DNA of 64,000 nucleotides from the IMG/VR virus record IMGVR_UViG_3300028595_000011, positions 451-64,450 of that record. The stretch is one strand, 5' to 3'. Of this stretch, positions 54,896-64,000 are shown in pieces. Numbering within the stretch: position 1 is the first letter of the stretch; each line of letters begins with the position of its first letter. This DNA comes from a virus (Duplodnaviria > Caudoviricetes). The translations under genes and the position numbers were made by a program. The notes below the pieces were generated by a model. That model was not told the DNA's origin. It made no database searches and saw only the letters and a program-made list of their open reading frames with translations.

Positions 54896-56230
54896 ATGGC
54901 AGAAGCTATTCTCGGCATGCGTGGCACTGGCTCCTGGGGCCTTAGCTCCAATGAGCGTCCTACTAACTTCCGCGAGAAGATCCTTCGGGAATACCCGAAT
55001 GGTCCTGCGGTTTTCATGGGCCTTCTGGGTATGCTCAAGTCCGAAGATGTGGATGACGTGAAGTTTACCATCTTCGAGCAGACTTTCCCGGATCAGATTC
55101 ATGCGCTCGTGGCCACTGGCGATGTCACCGATGATGGTGACACGGCATCGACCCCGACGACCTCAACCGGCACCACTGACCAGTATATTGTTCTTGGTAC
55201 GACTGAATACACCAATCCTGAAAACTATTTCAAGGTTGGTCACATCATCAAGAACGAGACCACTGGCGAAGTGATGCTTGTTGTTGGTAAGGGCTCTACC
55301 CTGGCCAACTCACTGAAGGTTATCCGCAACATCGGCGCGTCGGCTACTTATGGCGACAACAGCGGCTCGGTTGGAACCGGCGTTGCTCCCAGCAACAGCC
55401 AGGTCATTACCATTATCGGTAATGCCAACATCGAGGGTGACAACTACCCGACCGCAATCGCCTATCAGCCGAGCGAGCGGTGGAACTTTATCGAGACGTT
55501 CCGCACCGCGCTTGAGTTGACCGACGATGCTGCCCAGACCTACTTCCGCACCGGAAAGGTTCTGGACAACCTGAAGTACGACGCTGCGATGCAGCACTCC
55601 ATGGAGATGGAGAAGGCGTTCTGGTTTGGTAAGCGCGAGCTTCTCCAGAGCGGAACCGGCTCTGACACCGTCCCATATCCGATCACCCCGACCATCTCTG
55701 GGCGGACCTCGACCCAGGATCAGCGGTTCATGGGTGGGTTCAACTTCTTTGTTGATTCCAACTATACGACCGACTTTTCTAGCGGCCTGAGTCGCGCTGC
55801 GTTCCTTGAGTTCCTGCGCCCGATCTATACCATTCCTGGCATGTCCATGAATAAGATCGCGTTCTGTGGTTCTCAGGCTCTCGGTGTGATGACTCAGTAC
55901 GCTGAGGATCTTGGGCAGATCTTCCTGGAGCCTTCGGACAAGACCTACGGTCTGCAGATCCGGACCCTCGTGCATGCTTGGGGCGAACTGAAGATGGTCA
56001 ACCATCCTCTGTTCTCCGAGCATCCCTCTTGGGCCAAGCGGATGCACATTGTGGACACGAAGAACGTGATGTATCGCTTCCTTCGTGGCCGCGACACCCG
56101 CTTCCTGAAGGACCGCCAGGGCAATGGCGAAGACAAGACCGTCCACGAGTTTATGACGAAGGCCTCGCTTGAGTTGCGCCACCCGCGCACCCATGGCATC
56201 GCCACCGGCATCGACGCTTTCGTGGGCTAA
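54896..56230 (+). CDS. Major capsid protein (SU10/DUF5309-like)
   Basis: NFIETFRTALELT..HSMEMEKAFWFG..RFMGG pattern; biased codon use. Confidence 0.85.
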   Translation: MAEAILGMRGTGSWGLSSNERPTNFREKILREYPNGPAVFMGLLGMLKSEDVDDVKFTIFEQTFPDQIHALVATGDVTDDGDTASTPTTSTGTTDQYIVLGTTEYTNPENYFKVGHIIKNETTGEVMLVVGKGSTLANSLKVIRNIGASATYGDNSGSVGTGVAPSNSQVITIIGNANIEGDNYPTAIAYQPSERWNFIETFRTALELTDDAAQTYFRTGKVLDNLKYDAAMQHSMEMEKAFWFGKRELLQSGTGSDTVPYPITPTISGRTSTQDQRFMGGFNFFVDSNYTTDFSSGLSRAAFLEFLRPIYTIPGMSMNKIAFCGSQALGVMTQYAEDLGQIFLEPSDKTYGLQIRTLVHAWGELKMVNHPLFSEHPSWAKRMHIVDTKNVMYRFLRGRDTRFLKDRQGNGEDKTVHEFMTKASLELRHPRTHGIATGIDAFVG

Positions 56231-56252
56231 TATTAACTAGCTATGACCGCAA

Positions 56253-56272
56253 GGTGGGGCTTCGGCCCCACC
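56253..56272 (+). promoter_or_regulatory. cUUCGg hairpin after the capsid gene
   Basis: GGTGGGGC-TTCG-GCCCCACC without U-tract. Confidence 0.55.
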
Positions 56273-56299
56273 CTGCCGTCCATCTACTGGAGGTAGATC

Positions 56300-57442
56300 A
56301 TGGCGCTCTCCTTTTCTAATGTGAAGACGCTCAAGCCGATCCGGGGACTCCGGGAGGCTATCATTGACATCACTCTTGATGAGAACTATGCGGCTGGTGG
56401 CTGGGCCATCACTGCTGCAAATCTCACTAACTACAGCGGCATTGGCTCGATCATCTACGATCTCCAGCCCGGCAAAGTTAACGGCTACGGCTTTGAGTGG
56501 GACACCACCAACGGCAAGCTGAAGGCTCTTGTTGGCGCTGCTGATCAGGAAGTCACCGTTGATGCTCTTGCAGAGTACACGATGGTTCCAGCGTATACCG
56601 GGACCGAACAGGCCGCTGCGCTTTGCAAGGTGTACAACTCGACCGCAGCCGCGTATGAGAATCTGGCTGACTCCGCCGACCTTGGTGACGACGTAACCAA
56701 CGACTACCAGCCGTGGCCCGATGCTGCGGACGAAGCGATTGGTGACATGGTCTACTTTGGTGGAGCCGTTCCCTTTGGGCAGATTGCGTTCACCATTACC
56801 ACTGGAGCGGTGTACGGCGCAGCCGACTCGGTTGGATGGGAGTACTACAACGCTGATGGCTCGTGGGATTCCCTGACATCCGCAATCATCTACGATGGTA
56901 GTGGTTCGAATGCGACTGACGGAACCTACTCTTTTGAGCAGACCGGGACCATGACGATTGTTCCACCGCAGGATTGGGGATCTTCGGATGTTGATGGTCA
57001 GACCGCTTATTGGATTCGGGCGAAACTTCTGAAGGCTCAGGTTACGACCACTTCAGTTTTCACCTCGGAGCATGACTTCAACATCCCCGACACTGGTTAC
57101 GTTGCGGCTCGTACTGGCGTGATCAATGGCGTGTCGCTTCTTGATACGTCAGACACCCCTCATTCTGCGAATGATATTGAGTTCTACGTGATCAACACAA
57201 CCAACGGAGAAAGCTCCGGCGTGTGTGCATTCCCGCAGGACATCACAACTTATGACTTTGCGTTCCCGCATTCTGTTCGGGTTTCTGCTGGCGATAAGCT
57301 GGCAATCGTTTGCACCCAAGAAGATGAGACTAACGAACTTGACAGCGGCTTCTGGACTTTCCATTACGGAGAGGCCGAAGCTCTTGCTGGAGACGGAAGT
57401 CTCGCTGGTCAGGTTGTTCGTTGCCGTGTTCTTGGTAGCTAA
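56300..57442 (+). CDS. Head decoration protein with inserted domains
   Basis: DITLDENYAAGG..NGKLKA N-part and VVRCRVLG C-part flank an insert. Confidence 0.65.
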   Translation: MALSFSNVKTLKPIRGLREAIIDITLDENYAAGGWAITAANLTNYSGIGSIIYDLQPGKVNGYGFEWDTTNGKLKALVGAADQEVTVDALAEYTMVPAYTGTEQAAALCKVYNSTAAAYENLADSADLGDDVTNDYQPWPDAADEAIGDMVYFGGAVPFGQIAFTITTGAVYGAADSVGWEYYNADGSWDSLTSAIIYDGSGSNATDGTYSFEQTGTMTIVPPQDWGSSDVDGQTAYWIRAKLLKAQVTTTSVFTSEHDFNIPDTGYVAARTGVINGVSLLDTSDTPHSANDIEFYVINTTNGESSGVCAFPQDITTYDFAFPHSVRVSAGDKLAIVCTQEDETNELDSGFWTFHYGEAEALAGDGSLAGQVVRCRVLGS

Positions 57443-57452
57443 GATTAACCCA

Positions 57453-57511
57453 GGCGGGGGTCGGAGGCTGCATGGTGATGGCTATGCTGAAATCCCACCC
57501 CCGCCATTTTT
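57453..57511 (+). terminator. Terminator-like hairpin
   Basis: GGCGGGGGT/ACCCCCGCC followed by ATTTTT. Confidence 0.5.
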
Positions 57512-57522
57512 AGGAGGGGAAA

Positions 57523-58005
57523 ATGGCTAACTATTATTCGTATCAGCCCGGACTCGGACTCGCCATTGGCGGGACCGTTATCCGTTTCAAGGGTCATTGG
57601 TTGACCCTTGATGATGTGCAGCTTGAAGCCGAGCTTCGCTCTCATCCCAATTATGGGAACCTGTTTCTTTCTGAGGAAGACAAGCGTGAGAGGGAAAAGC
57701 CTGACCCAAAAGTGGAAGAGGATCTGCTAGCGAAGGCGATGGAAACCCTGAAGAGCATTCCGGGAGTGGCCCCCGCTCAGATCCTAGAATCCGAACCAAG
57801 CCAGGAGCCATCGTTGGAGCAGTCGGAACCAAAAGCTAACATGTTCACTGCTGAGGCAAAGCTCCCCAGTTTGACCGAGGTTACTCGGATGAAGAAGGAC
57901 GAGCTTATTGGTCTTGCCGAGATCATGGGTGTGGACTTTGACGAGAACGACACCGCTGCTATAATTAGAAGGAAGGTTCGGAGTGAAATAAAACAACGAA
58001 CCTAG
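57523..58005 (+). CDS. Protein with C-terminal Rho-N/HeH-like motif
   Basis: MKKDELIGLAEIMGVDF..TAAIIR. Confidence 0.6.
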   Translation: MANYYSYQPGLGLAIGGTVIRFKGHWLTLDDVQLEAELRSHPNYGNLFLSEEDKREREKPDPKVEEDLLAKAMETLKSIPGVAPAQILESEPSQEPSLEQSEPKANMFTAEAKLPSLTEVTRMKKDELIGLAEIMGVDFDENDTAAIIRRKVRSEIKQRT

Positions 58006-58017
58006 TAAGGAGTAGTT

Positions 58018-58770
58018 ATGGCAGACTCGGCTGGAGATATCGTCACTCGCGTTAAGAAGTGGGCCATTGACGAAGTCGATGACGAAGAGGTTTGGAGCCT
58101 CATGGACGAGGTCATTGACGACGTGATGTCTGCTCAAGATCCGTGGTTCTGCTTTAACTACGGCCAGGTTGCGCGTACCGCATCAAACAACTTCAATGAC
58201 AACGGCGAGATTCCGCCTGCTAAGCAGGACGGCTCTCTTGTCACGACAGCAAACATTGCGAGTGGCTCGGCGGTGCCGAACAACATCGAGTACCTCCGGG
58301 CCATTCCATTCCCAACCGGATTGGAGAAGCCCATCACGGTCTACTATGGAGATCTTGAGGATGGCATTGAGCTTGACTACATTAGCTGGGAGGAGATGAA
58401 TAGTAGATACCCGTTCTCCGCCTCCTCGTCTGGAGACCAGGGAAAGTATTGGTCCACGTTTGGCAAGACATTCCTTGTTGGACCAGCTCCTCCGCTCGCT
58501 GTAACTCTCTCAGTTTATGGGGTTTACAGGCCAACAGCCATTACAGCCAACGCAGACACGAACGTGTTTATAGTCAATGCTGACAACCTGCTGAGGTACG
58601 GTGTGATGGACAAGCTTATCATGTACAACTGGGAAGAGGATGCTGGTCGATGGGGCGGAATTCAGGCCAATTACAGGAAACAATTCAATCAGTTGAAGAT
58701 GAAAAGCAAGTACATAACTCACAGAGCTAAAAGAGTTAAAGCCCGAAGAGCCGGGACATGGAGAACATAA
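58018..58770 (+). CDS. Head-tail adaptor (tail tubular protein A-like)
   Basis: Position; FLVGPAP..YRP..LLRYG pattern. Confidence 0.7.
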   Translation: MADSAGDIVTRVKKWAIDEVDDEEVWSLMDEVIDDVMSAQDPWFCFNYGQVARTASNNFNDNGEIPPAKQDGSLVTTANIASGSAVPNNIEYLRAIPFPTGLEKPITVYYGDLEDGIELDYISWEEMNSRYPFSASSSGDQGKYWSTFGKTFLVGPAPPLAVTLSVYGVYRPTAITANADTNVFIVNADNLLRYGVMDKLIMYNWEEDAGRWGGIQANYRKQFNQLKMKSKYITHRAKRVKARRAGTWRT

Positions 58771-59678
58771 TGGGAAACTACACTGAAGATTCATTCCCAA
58801 CCAACAGGTGGACGGATTCAGACACCGGCAACGAGCTTGATTCATGTATTGCGAGCATTGATGCCGCAATTCGTCACGTTCTCGGAGTGTCTACTAATAC
58901 TCTAGTTGCACCATTTGATATCACGGACGCTGGAGCGGTCACGGTCACGACATCTCTTGCCATCGGCACGAGTGCTGACATGGATGACATTGTGAGCGAG
59001 ATTCCAGCAACGCCAGGTTCTAGCGAGGATACTGAGCTTGCTACAGTGCAGGCCATCAGGGCCTTTGTTCTTGCTGGTGACGGGTCTTTTGCCGCATCTA
59101 GCGTTAGTGTTGACACATCTAATTTTGGCGGGATCTTTGCCGATGATGATGGTCACGACACCGTTCAGGAATGCTTAGATGTCGTGGACGACCACACACA
59201 CACAGAATCTGACATTACTGACCTCGGATCATATCTTCCACTGGGCGCTGGCAACAGCTACCCGGTGACTGGCCTTTTGCACTTTGATGCCGCAGGAAGC
59301 TCCGGACTCGCCATCTATACTGCGCCATCAAGCTCTGATCAAATCTGCTACTTTGCTGCGTCTGAAACCTTATGGCTTACCGACTTCAAGCTATTGAACG
59401 ACAAGGCTTTGCAGGGTGGCAATGCTGCACAGAATGCTACTTATGATCTTGTAACTGTTGACAGCAATGATGTTGCGATTTTTGGTAGTATAGACACAAA
59501 CTCACAGCTTCTCGGGAGAGAGGTTATATTGGGAGCGCAGAATGCGGCCCCGCTGGATGCAGACCTATCTAATGGAAGTGTTAGCTTTTATTTGGATGAA
59601 TCTGGGAATAACTTGATGGTCAAGGCAAAATACAGCGGCGGAACTGTGAAAACAGGGACTGTTTGCGCTGTTGCCTAG
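58770..59678 (+). CDS. Short tail fibre/needle-like protein
   Basis: HTHTESDITDL metal-binding fibre motif; C-terminus shared with long fibre. Confidence 0.65.
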   Translation: MGNYTEDSFPTNRWTDSDTGNELDSCIASIDAAIRHVLGVSTNTLVAPFDITDAGAVTVTTSLAIGTSADMDDIVSEIPATPGSSEDTELATVQAIRAFVLAGDGSFAASSVSVDTSNFGGIFADDDGHDTVQECLDVVDDHTHTESDITDLGSYLPLGAGNSYPVTGLLHFDAAGSSGLAIYTAPSSSDQICYFAASETLWLTDFKLLNDKALQGGNAAQNATYDLVTVDSNDVAIFGSIDTNSQLLGREVILGAQNAAPLDADLSNGSVSFYLDESGNNLMVKAKYSGGTVKTGTVCAVA

Positions 59679-59686
59679 GAGTCAAT

Positions 59687-62062
59687 ATGAAGAAGATGCC
59701 GAGTGCGCGGTTCCCAGATCCACTGGGTGGGGTAATTAGATCTGAGCACCCACGCAAGGTTGGGATCAATGGCCTGGTTGAAGCAAGCAACTTCATCAGA
59801 GAAGACGGAATTCTCCGCTTGAGAAAGGGGCTTGAGAGGGCGAACTATGTAAACGAAACCGAAGGAAGCTCGGTTATCGGCCTTGGATCATTTGACTACC
59901 AGCAAGAAGGAACAACCACAAGAGATGTTCTTGTTGCTGTCACGGAAGCTGAGATTGATGTCTTTGAAAGCGACATTGGCGATAACGCAAACAACCCCGC
60001 GACTCCTACCGACACCGACTGGACGCTTGGCGGAACCTTTGGTCCAGGCATTGTTAATGGTCAGTATTGGACCAACGAGCCTGGGTTAACAGTTGATTTC
60101 AGCAATATTGATTGGACCAAGTTTGACGCGGATGTTGATTCTGTTTGGATTAGATTGTCTATGAGTTTCGTTGTTGGCGGAACCGGAATGGTCATTGACG
60201 GATTTGAGGTGACAGATGTCCAAGGCACGCCAGGCACGGCGGAGCTTGCGATGGATTGGAACGCCGTTAGTGGCGCATCGACTTACCTTCTTCAGTACAC
60301 ATATTTCCAAGAAACAGATGATCTTGGGAGGGCATTTAGGGTTGATGTTGGTGGCTTGGACAGTGGCATTAGAGTTCAGGTAAACAAAGTATGGGAAGAT
60401 TGGTACGATAATTGGAAGGCTGCTGGTGGGACAAACATATCAGACGGCGATGACGGCCTGTTTTATTATGCTGCAATTTTTAGATCAGACTCAGACAGGT
60501 GGGGTCTCCCCGGTCAGACTGGCGTTGTAAGTGTTGATCGAACAGACAGGCCCGTGATGAGGGCATGGGATTATGAGCAGCGCACGCATGTTCTTGTTGC
60601 CTCTGAGGGAGCATTCCTTTTGGATGTAGATCCAGACCCAACCTCTCCGACAGTCACAACCTGTGGCAGCGTTGGCGAGTGTCCAAGAGCGAAGGCTATT
60701 GGCATTGGTGCTCAGCGCGTGATTGCTGGCAACGTTTCGTATCTTGACGTTGAGACAATGCTCAGTGATGGTGGGCTGCCATATAAGGGTGATTTTGAGG
60801 ATGCTGCAAATAAAGATCCAAACGTAAACTTTCACCAATTCTATAACAATGAAACGTTTGCTTATTGGCCAGACGCCGTGGTCTATAGCGGGACCGTGCT
60901 TACCGGAGGCCAGAAAAAGTGGTATCCAAGTGACATCTTGCGCCTGGCTGATACTCCTGGAGAGGTTGTTGCAATCCAAGAGATGGGCATTCAGCAGTTT
61001 GCTGTGTATAAGACTGACGCCATCTATACCCTAACAGCGCAGAGCGGTCTGTCTCCGTTTGCTCCATACCTTCGAGCGTCCGGAATTCAAGGGCCAGTAA
61101 GTCCGAGATCAGTTGTTGCACTCAACGATTCAACGCACATTTACCTTGGTAGAGACGGCGGGATCTACATGTTCAATGGTGGACTTCCTCAAGATCTTGG
61201 TGATCAATTCAGAACATGGATTTCAAGAGAGCTTGATAGGGATAATGTTGAAAACTCTTTCTTGCTTTTTGACGAAAACCAAAAGCAGGTTCATGTCTTC
61301 TACCCAGTCAAAGGTCTTGGCGGAATTGTTCGCAAGGGACTGACCATTGATGTTTCAAAGCAGCCTTATACTGGATGGCCAATCCTGTATTCGAAGCAGT
61401 CGATGGCTTATGACATGGACGAGATATTAAGTGAAGATGAAAGGCTTTATGACCATGGAATCCTTTGTGGTTGTATGCACTATAGGGCAGATCAGCCTGT
61501 TGCGCTTGGAAGTCTGACCGTCCCAACATCAGAAGCGCTTGGCGCGATGACAAACAAGGAGCGGAGGCTTCTTCTTGGCGTTGAGCATGAACCAACGGAG
61601 TCAAGGGCTGGTGTTTCTTATGGGAGCATCTACCAGGTTGGTGATTCACTGCATGATTATGGTGTGCCGATTGTTGGTGTTCTTGAAAGCGCCATCACGG
61701 ATCTTGGAGATCCAGACAAGCTGAAGGTTCTCATGGAACTTGAAATCCTTTCAGACCCGATGAGTGATGTTGACACCTCTCAATACACTTTCCCCGCAGG
61801 AGACAATACGCCAGCAATTAGCAACACAGAAGCGGAAATGAAGTTGACGATCTATGGTGGGAACTCGGTAAGAAAGCTAAAGCAGTTGTGGCAGGGAACG
61901 CTAGACCCGACAGAGAGTCCGATTGTTGCCAAGCCTAGGGTTAAGGCGAGATACTTCTCGTATAAGATTGAATTCACCGCGCCAATGACGGCGTCTCCTC
62001 TCGGGGACTATGAGTTCTGGGGCATGATTGCTAGGTTCAGGGTTGCTGGGAGCAGGACATAA
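59687..62062 (+). CDS. Tail nozzle/stabilisation protein (tubular B, P22 gp10-like)
   Basis: Beta-propeller-like, GPVSPRSVV..YLGRDGGIYMFNG, KARYFSYKIE. Confidence 0.75.
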   Translation: MKKMPSARFPDPLGGVIRSEHPRKVGINGLVEASNFIREDGILRLRKGLERANYVNETEGSSVIGLGSFDYQQEGTTTRDVLVAVTEAEIDVFESDIGDNANNPATPTDTDWTLGGTFGPGIVNGQYWTNEPGLTVDFSNIDWTKFDADVDSVWIRLSMSFVVGGTGMVIDGFEVTDVQGTPGTAELAMDWNAVSGASTYLLQYTYFQETDDLGRAFRVDVGGLDSGIRVQVNKVWEDWYDNWKAAGGTNISDGDDGLFYYAAIFRSDSDRWGLPGQTGVVSVDRTDRPVMRAWDYEQRTHVLVASEGAFLLDVDPDPTSPTVTTCGSVGECPRAKAIGIGAQRVIAGNVSYLDVETMLSDGGLPYKGDFEDAANKDPNVNFHQFYNNETFAYWPDAVVYSGTVLTGGQKKWYPSDILRLADTPGEVVAIQEMGIQQFAVYKTDAIYTLTAQSGLSPFAPYLRASGIQGPVSPRSVVALNDSTHIYLGRDGGIYMFNGGLPQDLGDQFRTWISRELDRDNVENSFLLFDENQKQVHVFYPVKGLGGIVRKGLTIDVSKQPYTGWPILYSKQSMAYDMDEILSEDERLYDHGILCGCMHYRADQPVALGSLTVPTSEALGAMTNKERRLLLGVEHEPTESRAGVSYGSIYQVGDSLHDYGVPIVGVLESAITDLGDPDKLKVLMELEILSDPMSDVDTSQYTFPAGDNTPAISNTEAEMKLTIYGGNSVRKLKQLWQGTLDPTESPIVAKPRVKARYFSYKIEFTAPMTASPLGDYEFWGMIARFRVAGSRT

Positions 62063-64000
62063 TGAGCGAATTTACACTACCGCCAATTGCAGACCTCCCG
62101 CAACCGCCAGAAGATCTGATTCAAGACATTGATGCGAACATTGATCCAGATGTTCTTGCGGCAATACAGGAGCGGGATGACCAGGTTCGAGACATTATCG
62201 ACTGGTCAAAGAGCCTTATTCAGAAGCTTCAAGCGAGTTACGTGCCTCAGACGGATCGTATTGAAAACATGATCATGTCTGGCGCACTAGAGAACAGGCC
62301 AGAGCCAAGGGCAACAAGGCGAGTTTTTTTTGATCAAAACACCCAGGTTGCATATATTGATTCTTATGATGATGGTGGGCAGGCAGCATGGATTCCGCTC
62401 AATAGCGTCACGTCCATTTCTCCCAGTGGTGGCGGCGGTGGTGGCGATGCCGAAACATACAACAGCGTCCAAGCAACAACAAAAAATGAGTTTTTTAAAA
62501 GTGAGGAAGATCTTCTCTGGGACATAGAGGTTTATGATTATGGCGACATGATGGATGGAGACAACTCAACGGAGTTTACAATCCCCGTTACAGGTGATTA
62601 TCATTTTGAGTTCTACATTCAATTTGACGGCATTGAAGACGGCGATTGGGCCTGGGTCTCAACATATATCAACGGGGAAAAAGTTGGCGAACGAACAGCG
62701 AGCTATCAATATGATGGAGAAGATCCAGTAATCGAATTTGATGGCACCGGAACATATGACGCTGGTGACGTAATTGTTTTTGTTGTTGGCTCGGACAGAG
62801 ACCCCATCCCTGGGTATGGTGATGATAACATATACATTCTTAATGCGAAGGTAACGATAACCCAGGTTAAGGTTACAGAGAAGGCCACTAGCAAAAGTGT
62901 TATTTCTAAGCCGCTTGCTGCTGCTGCTGTTTCTGGTGGAATCCATGCGTCGTTGTCCGGTCTCCTTAATGACGACCACACCCAGTATCTTCTTGCCTCT
63001 GCTGCGACCGATAGGGCGACGTTTGCTGCAAACTGGACCGACCTCACAGATGGCGGAGACACCTCTCTCCACATCCATGACAGTAGATATTACACGGAGT
63101 CTGAGATTGATTCGTTGATTGGGGCCATAGACCACGGCTCCCTTGGCGGCCTCCTCGACGACGACCACACGCAGTACGTCCTGCGCTCTGAGTGGGGCCA
63201 AAACGGGTTCGAGGATGCGGACGACGTTTCCCTTGCATGGGACGACGGGACGCGCACGCTGACTGTCTCGCCAGCCGTGACGAGCTTTTCCTACTTCCTC
63301 GGCGGGGTGAAGTACACCGAGACGGGCAACCTCACCGAGACGATCACTGACACCGAGGGACTGTGGGTCTTTTACATCGACTCAGAAGGCTCGATCACCA
63401 GCGCTCTCAACCCATCTGCGGAGGACGTTGCGAACGTCATCGTCAATTACACCATCATCGCCTATGTCTACTGGGATGCGACGAACAACGATGGTCGCTT
63501 GCTTCCTGAGTGGCATGGCGCGAGTATGTCCCCGCAAACCCACCGCTATCTCCACTTCACGCAGCACGCTCAGTGGGTGAGCGGCATGGCTATCCAGGAC
63601 ATCGACACCAGCGGTAACGGCAACTCCGACTCCGACGCGCAGTTTGGAATTGGTGCCGGGACATTCGATGACGAAGATGTTTTCTGGCAGTTGTCCGCAA
63701 TCGCCGCTGGCGATCCCATCGAAATCTGGTATCGAGAAGGGGCGAGCGCCTGGCGGTGGACCGAGACGACGATCTCCGGTGAGTCCTTCCCCGTTATCCC
63801 GTTCTCTGGCGGCTCCGGGCGGCTGGCGTGGAACGATTTCACGGGCGGCGCGTGGCAGCAGACCGAGGTAGACAACAATGACTTTGTTCTCTGTCACATC
63901 TTCGCCACCAACATCACCGCCGACGATGGGACGGGGCCAAAGTACATCGCCATCCAAGGGCAGAACGAGTACAACACTATAGGGCTAGCGCGAGACGGTG
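62062..64000 (+). CDS. Long tail fibre, N-terminal part (runs off window; not in track)
   Basis: TAATG coupling, frame open to the end; C1q-like FTIPVTGDYHF, two HxxLxGLLxDDHTQY repeats. Confidence 0.8.
   Translation, partial: MSEFTLPPIADLPQPPEDLIQDIDANIDPDVLAAIQERDDQVRDIIDWSKSLIQKLQASYVPQTDRIENMIMSGALENRPEPRATRRVFFDQNTQVAYIDSYDDGGQAAWIPLNSVTSISPSGGGGGGDAETYNSVQATTKNEFFKSEEDLLWDIEVYDYGDMMDGDNSTEFTIPVTGDYHFEFYIQFDGIEDGDWAWVSTYINGEKVGERTASYQYDGEDPVIEFDGTGTYDAGDVIVFVVGSDRDPIPGYGDDNIYILNAKVTITQVKVTEKATSKSVISKPLAAAAVSGGIHASLSGLLNDDHTQYLLASAATDRATFAANWTDLTDGGDTSLHIHDSRYYTESEIDSLIGAIDHGSLGGLLDDDHTQYVLRSEWGQNGFEDADDVSLAWDDGTRTLTVSPAVTSFSYFLGGVKYTETGNLTETITDTEGLWVFYIDSEGSITSALNPSAEDVANVIVNYTIIAYVYWDATNNDGRLLPEWHGASMSPQTHRYLHFTQHAQWVSGMAIQDIDTSGNGNSDSDAQFGIGAGTFDDEDVFWQLSAIAAGDPIEIWYREGASAWRWTETTISGESFPVIPFSGGSGRLAWNDFTGGAWQQTEVDNNDFVLCHIFATNITADDGTGPKYIAIQGQNEYNTIGLARDG

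Noticed and set aside
55310-56194. 294-aa antisense ORF in the capsid gene
   Set aside because: Shadow of strong codon bias.
62488-62502. Slippery TTTTTTAAAA in the tail fibre gene
   Set aside because: Not in X XXY YYZ register with the reading frame.

Overview
The window is a near-complete, circularly permuted genome of a tailed dsDNA phage with a short-tailed (podovirus-type) virion module. Both ends fall inside tail-fibre coding sequence. The + strand carries, from 35.7 kb, lambdoid-style replication genes (initiator, DnaB helicase), TerS, a TerL split into two genes, portal, a lysis cassette with spanins (implying a diderm host), scaffold, an SU10/DUF5309-like capsid, decoration, adaptor, nozzle and tail fibre. 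It continues at 1-18.3 kb with appendage and ejection proteins, including a 3826-aa polyvalent protein. The - strand (18.3-34.8 kb) is an early arm with RecT, a YqaJ exonuclease, a shuffled small-gene array, a COOH-NH2 amidoligase plus class-II glutamine amidotransferase, and many small genes with structured leaders. I saw no integrase, DNA polymerase, primase, tRNA or CRISPR array. Most notable: (1) a structured RNA after recT with three anti-Shine-Dalgarno loops that matches hairpin-capped early-gene leaders over 13-16 nt, suggesting an RNA-based translational switch; (2) a dif-like XerCD site flanked by IHF-like sites at the strand switch; (3) fission of both TerL and the replication initiator by ordinary genes; (4) a C-terminal IKR[RKN][LI]P tag shared by four proteins, three of them beside the amidoligase. 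All family calls are motif recognition by eye, not database searches.
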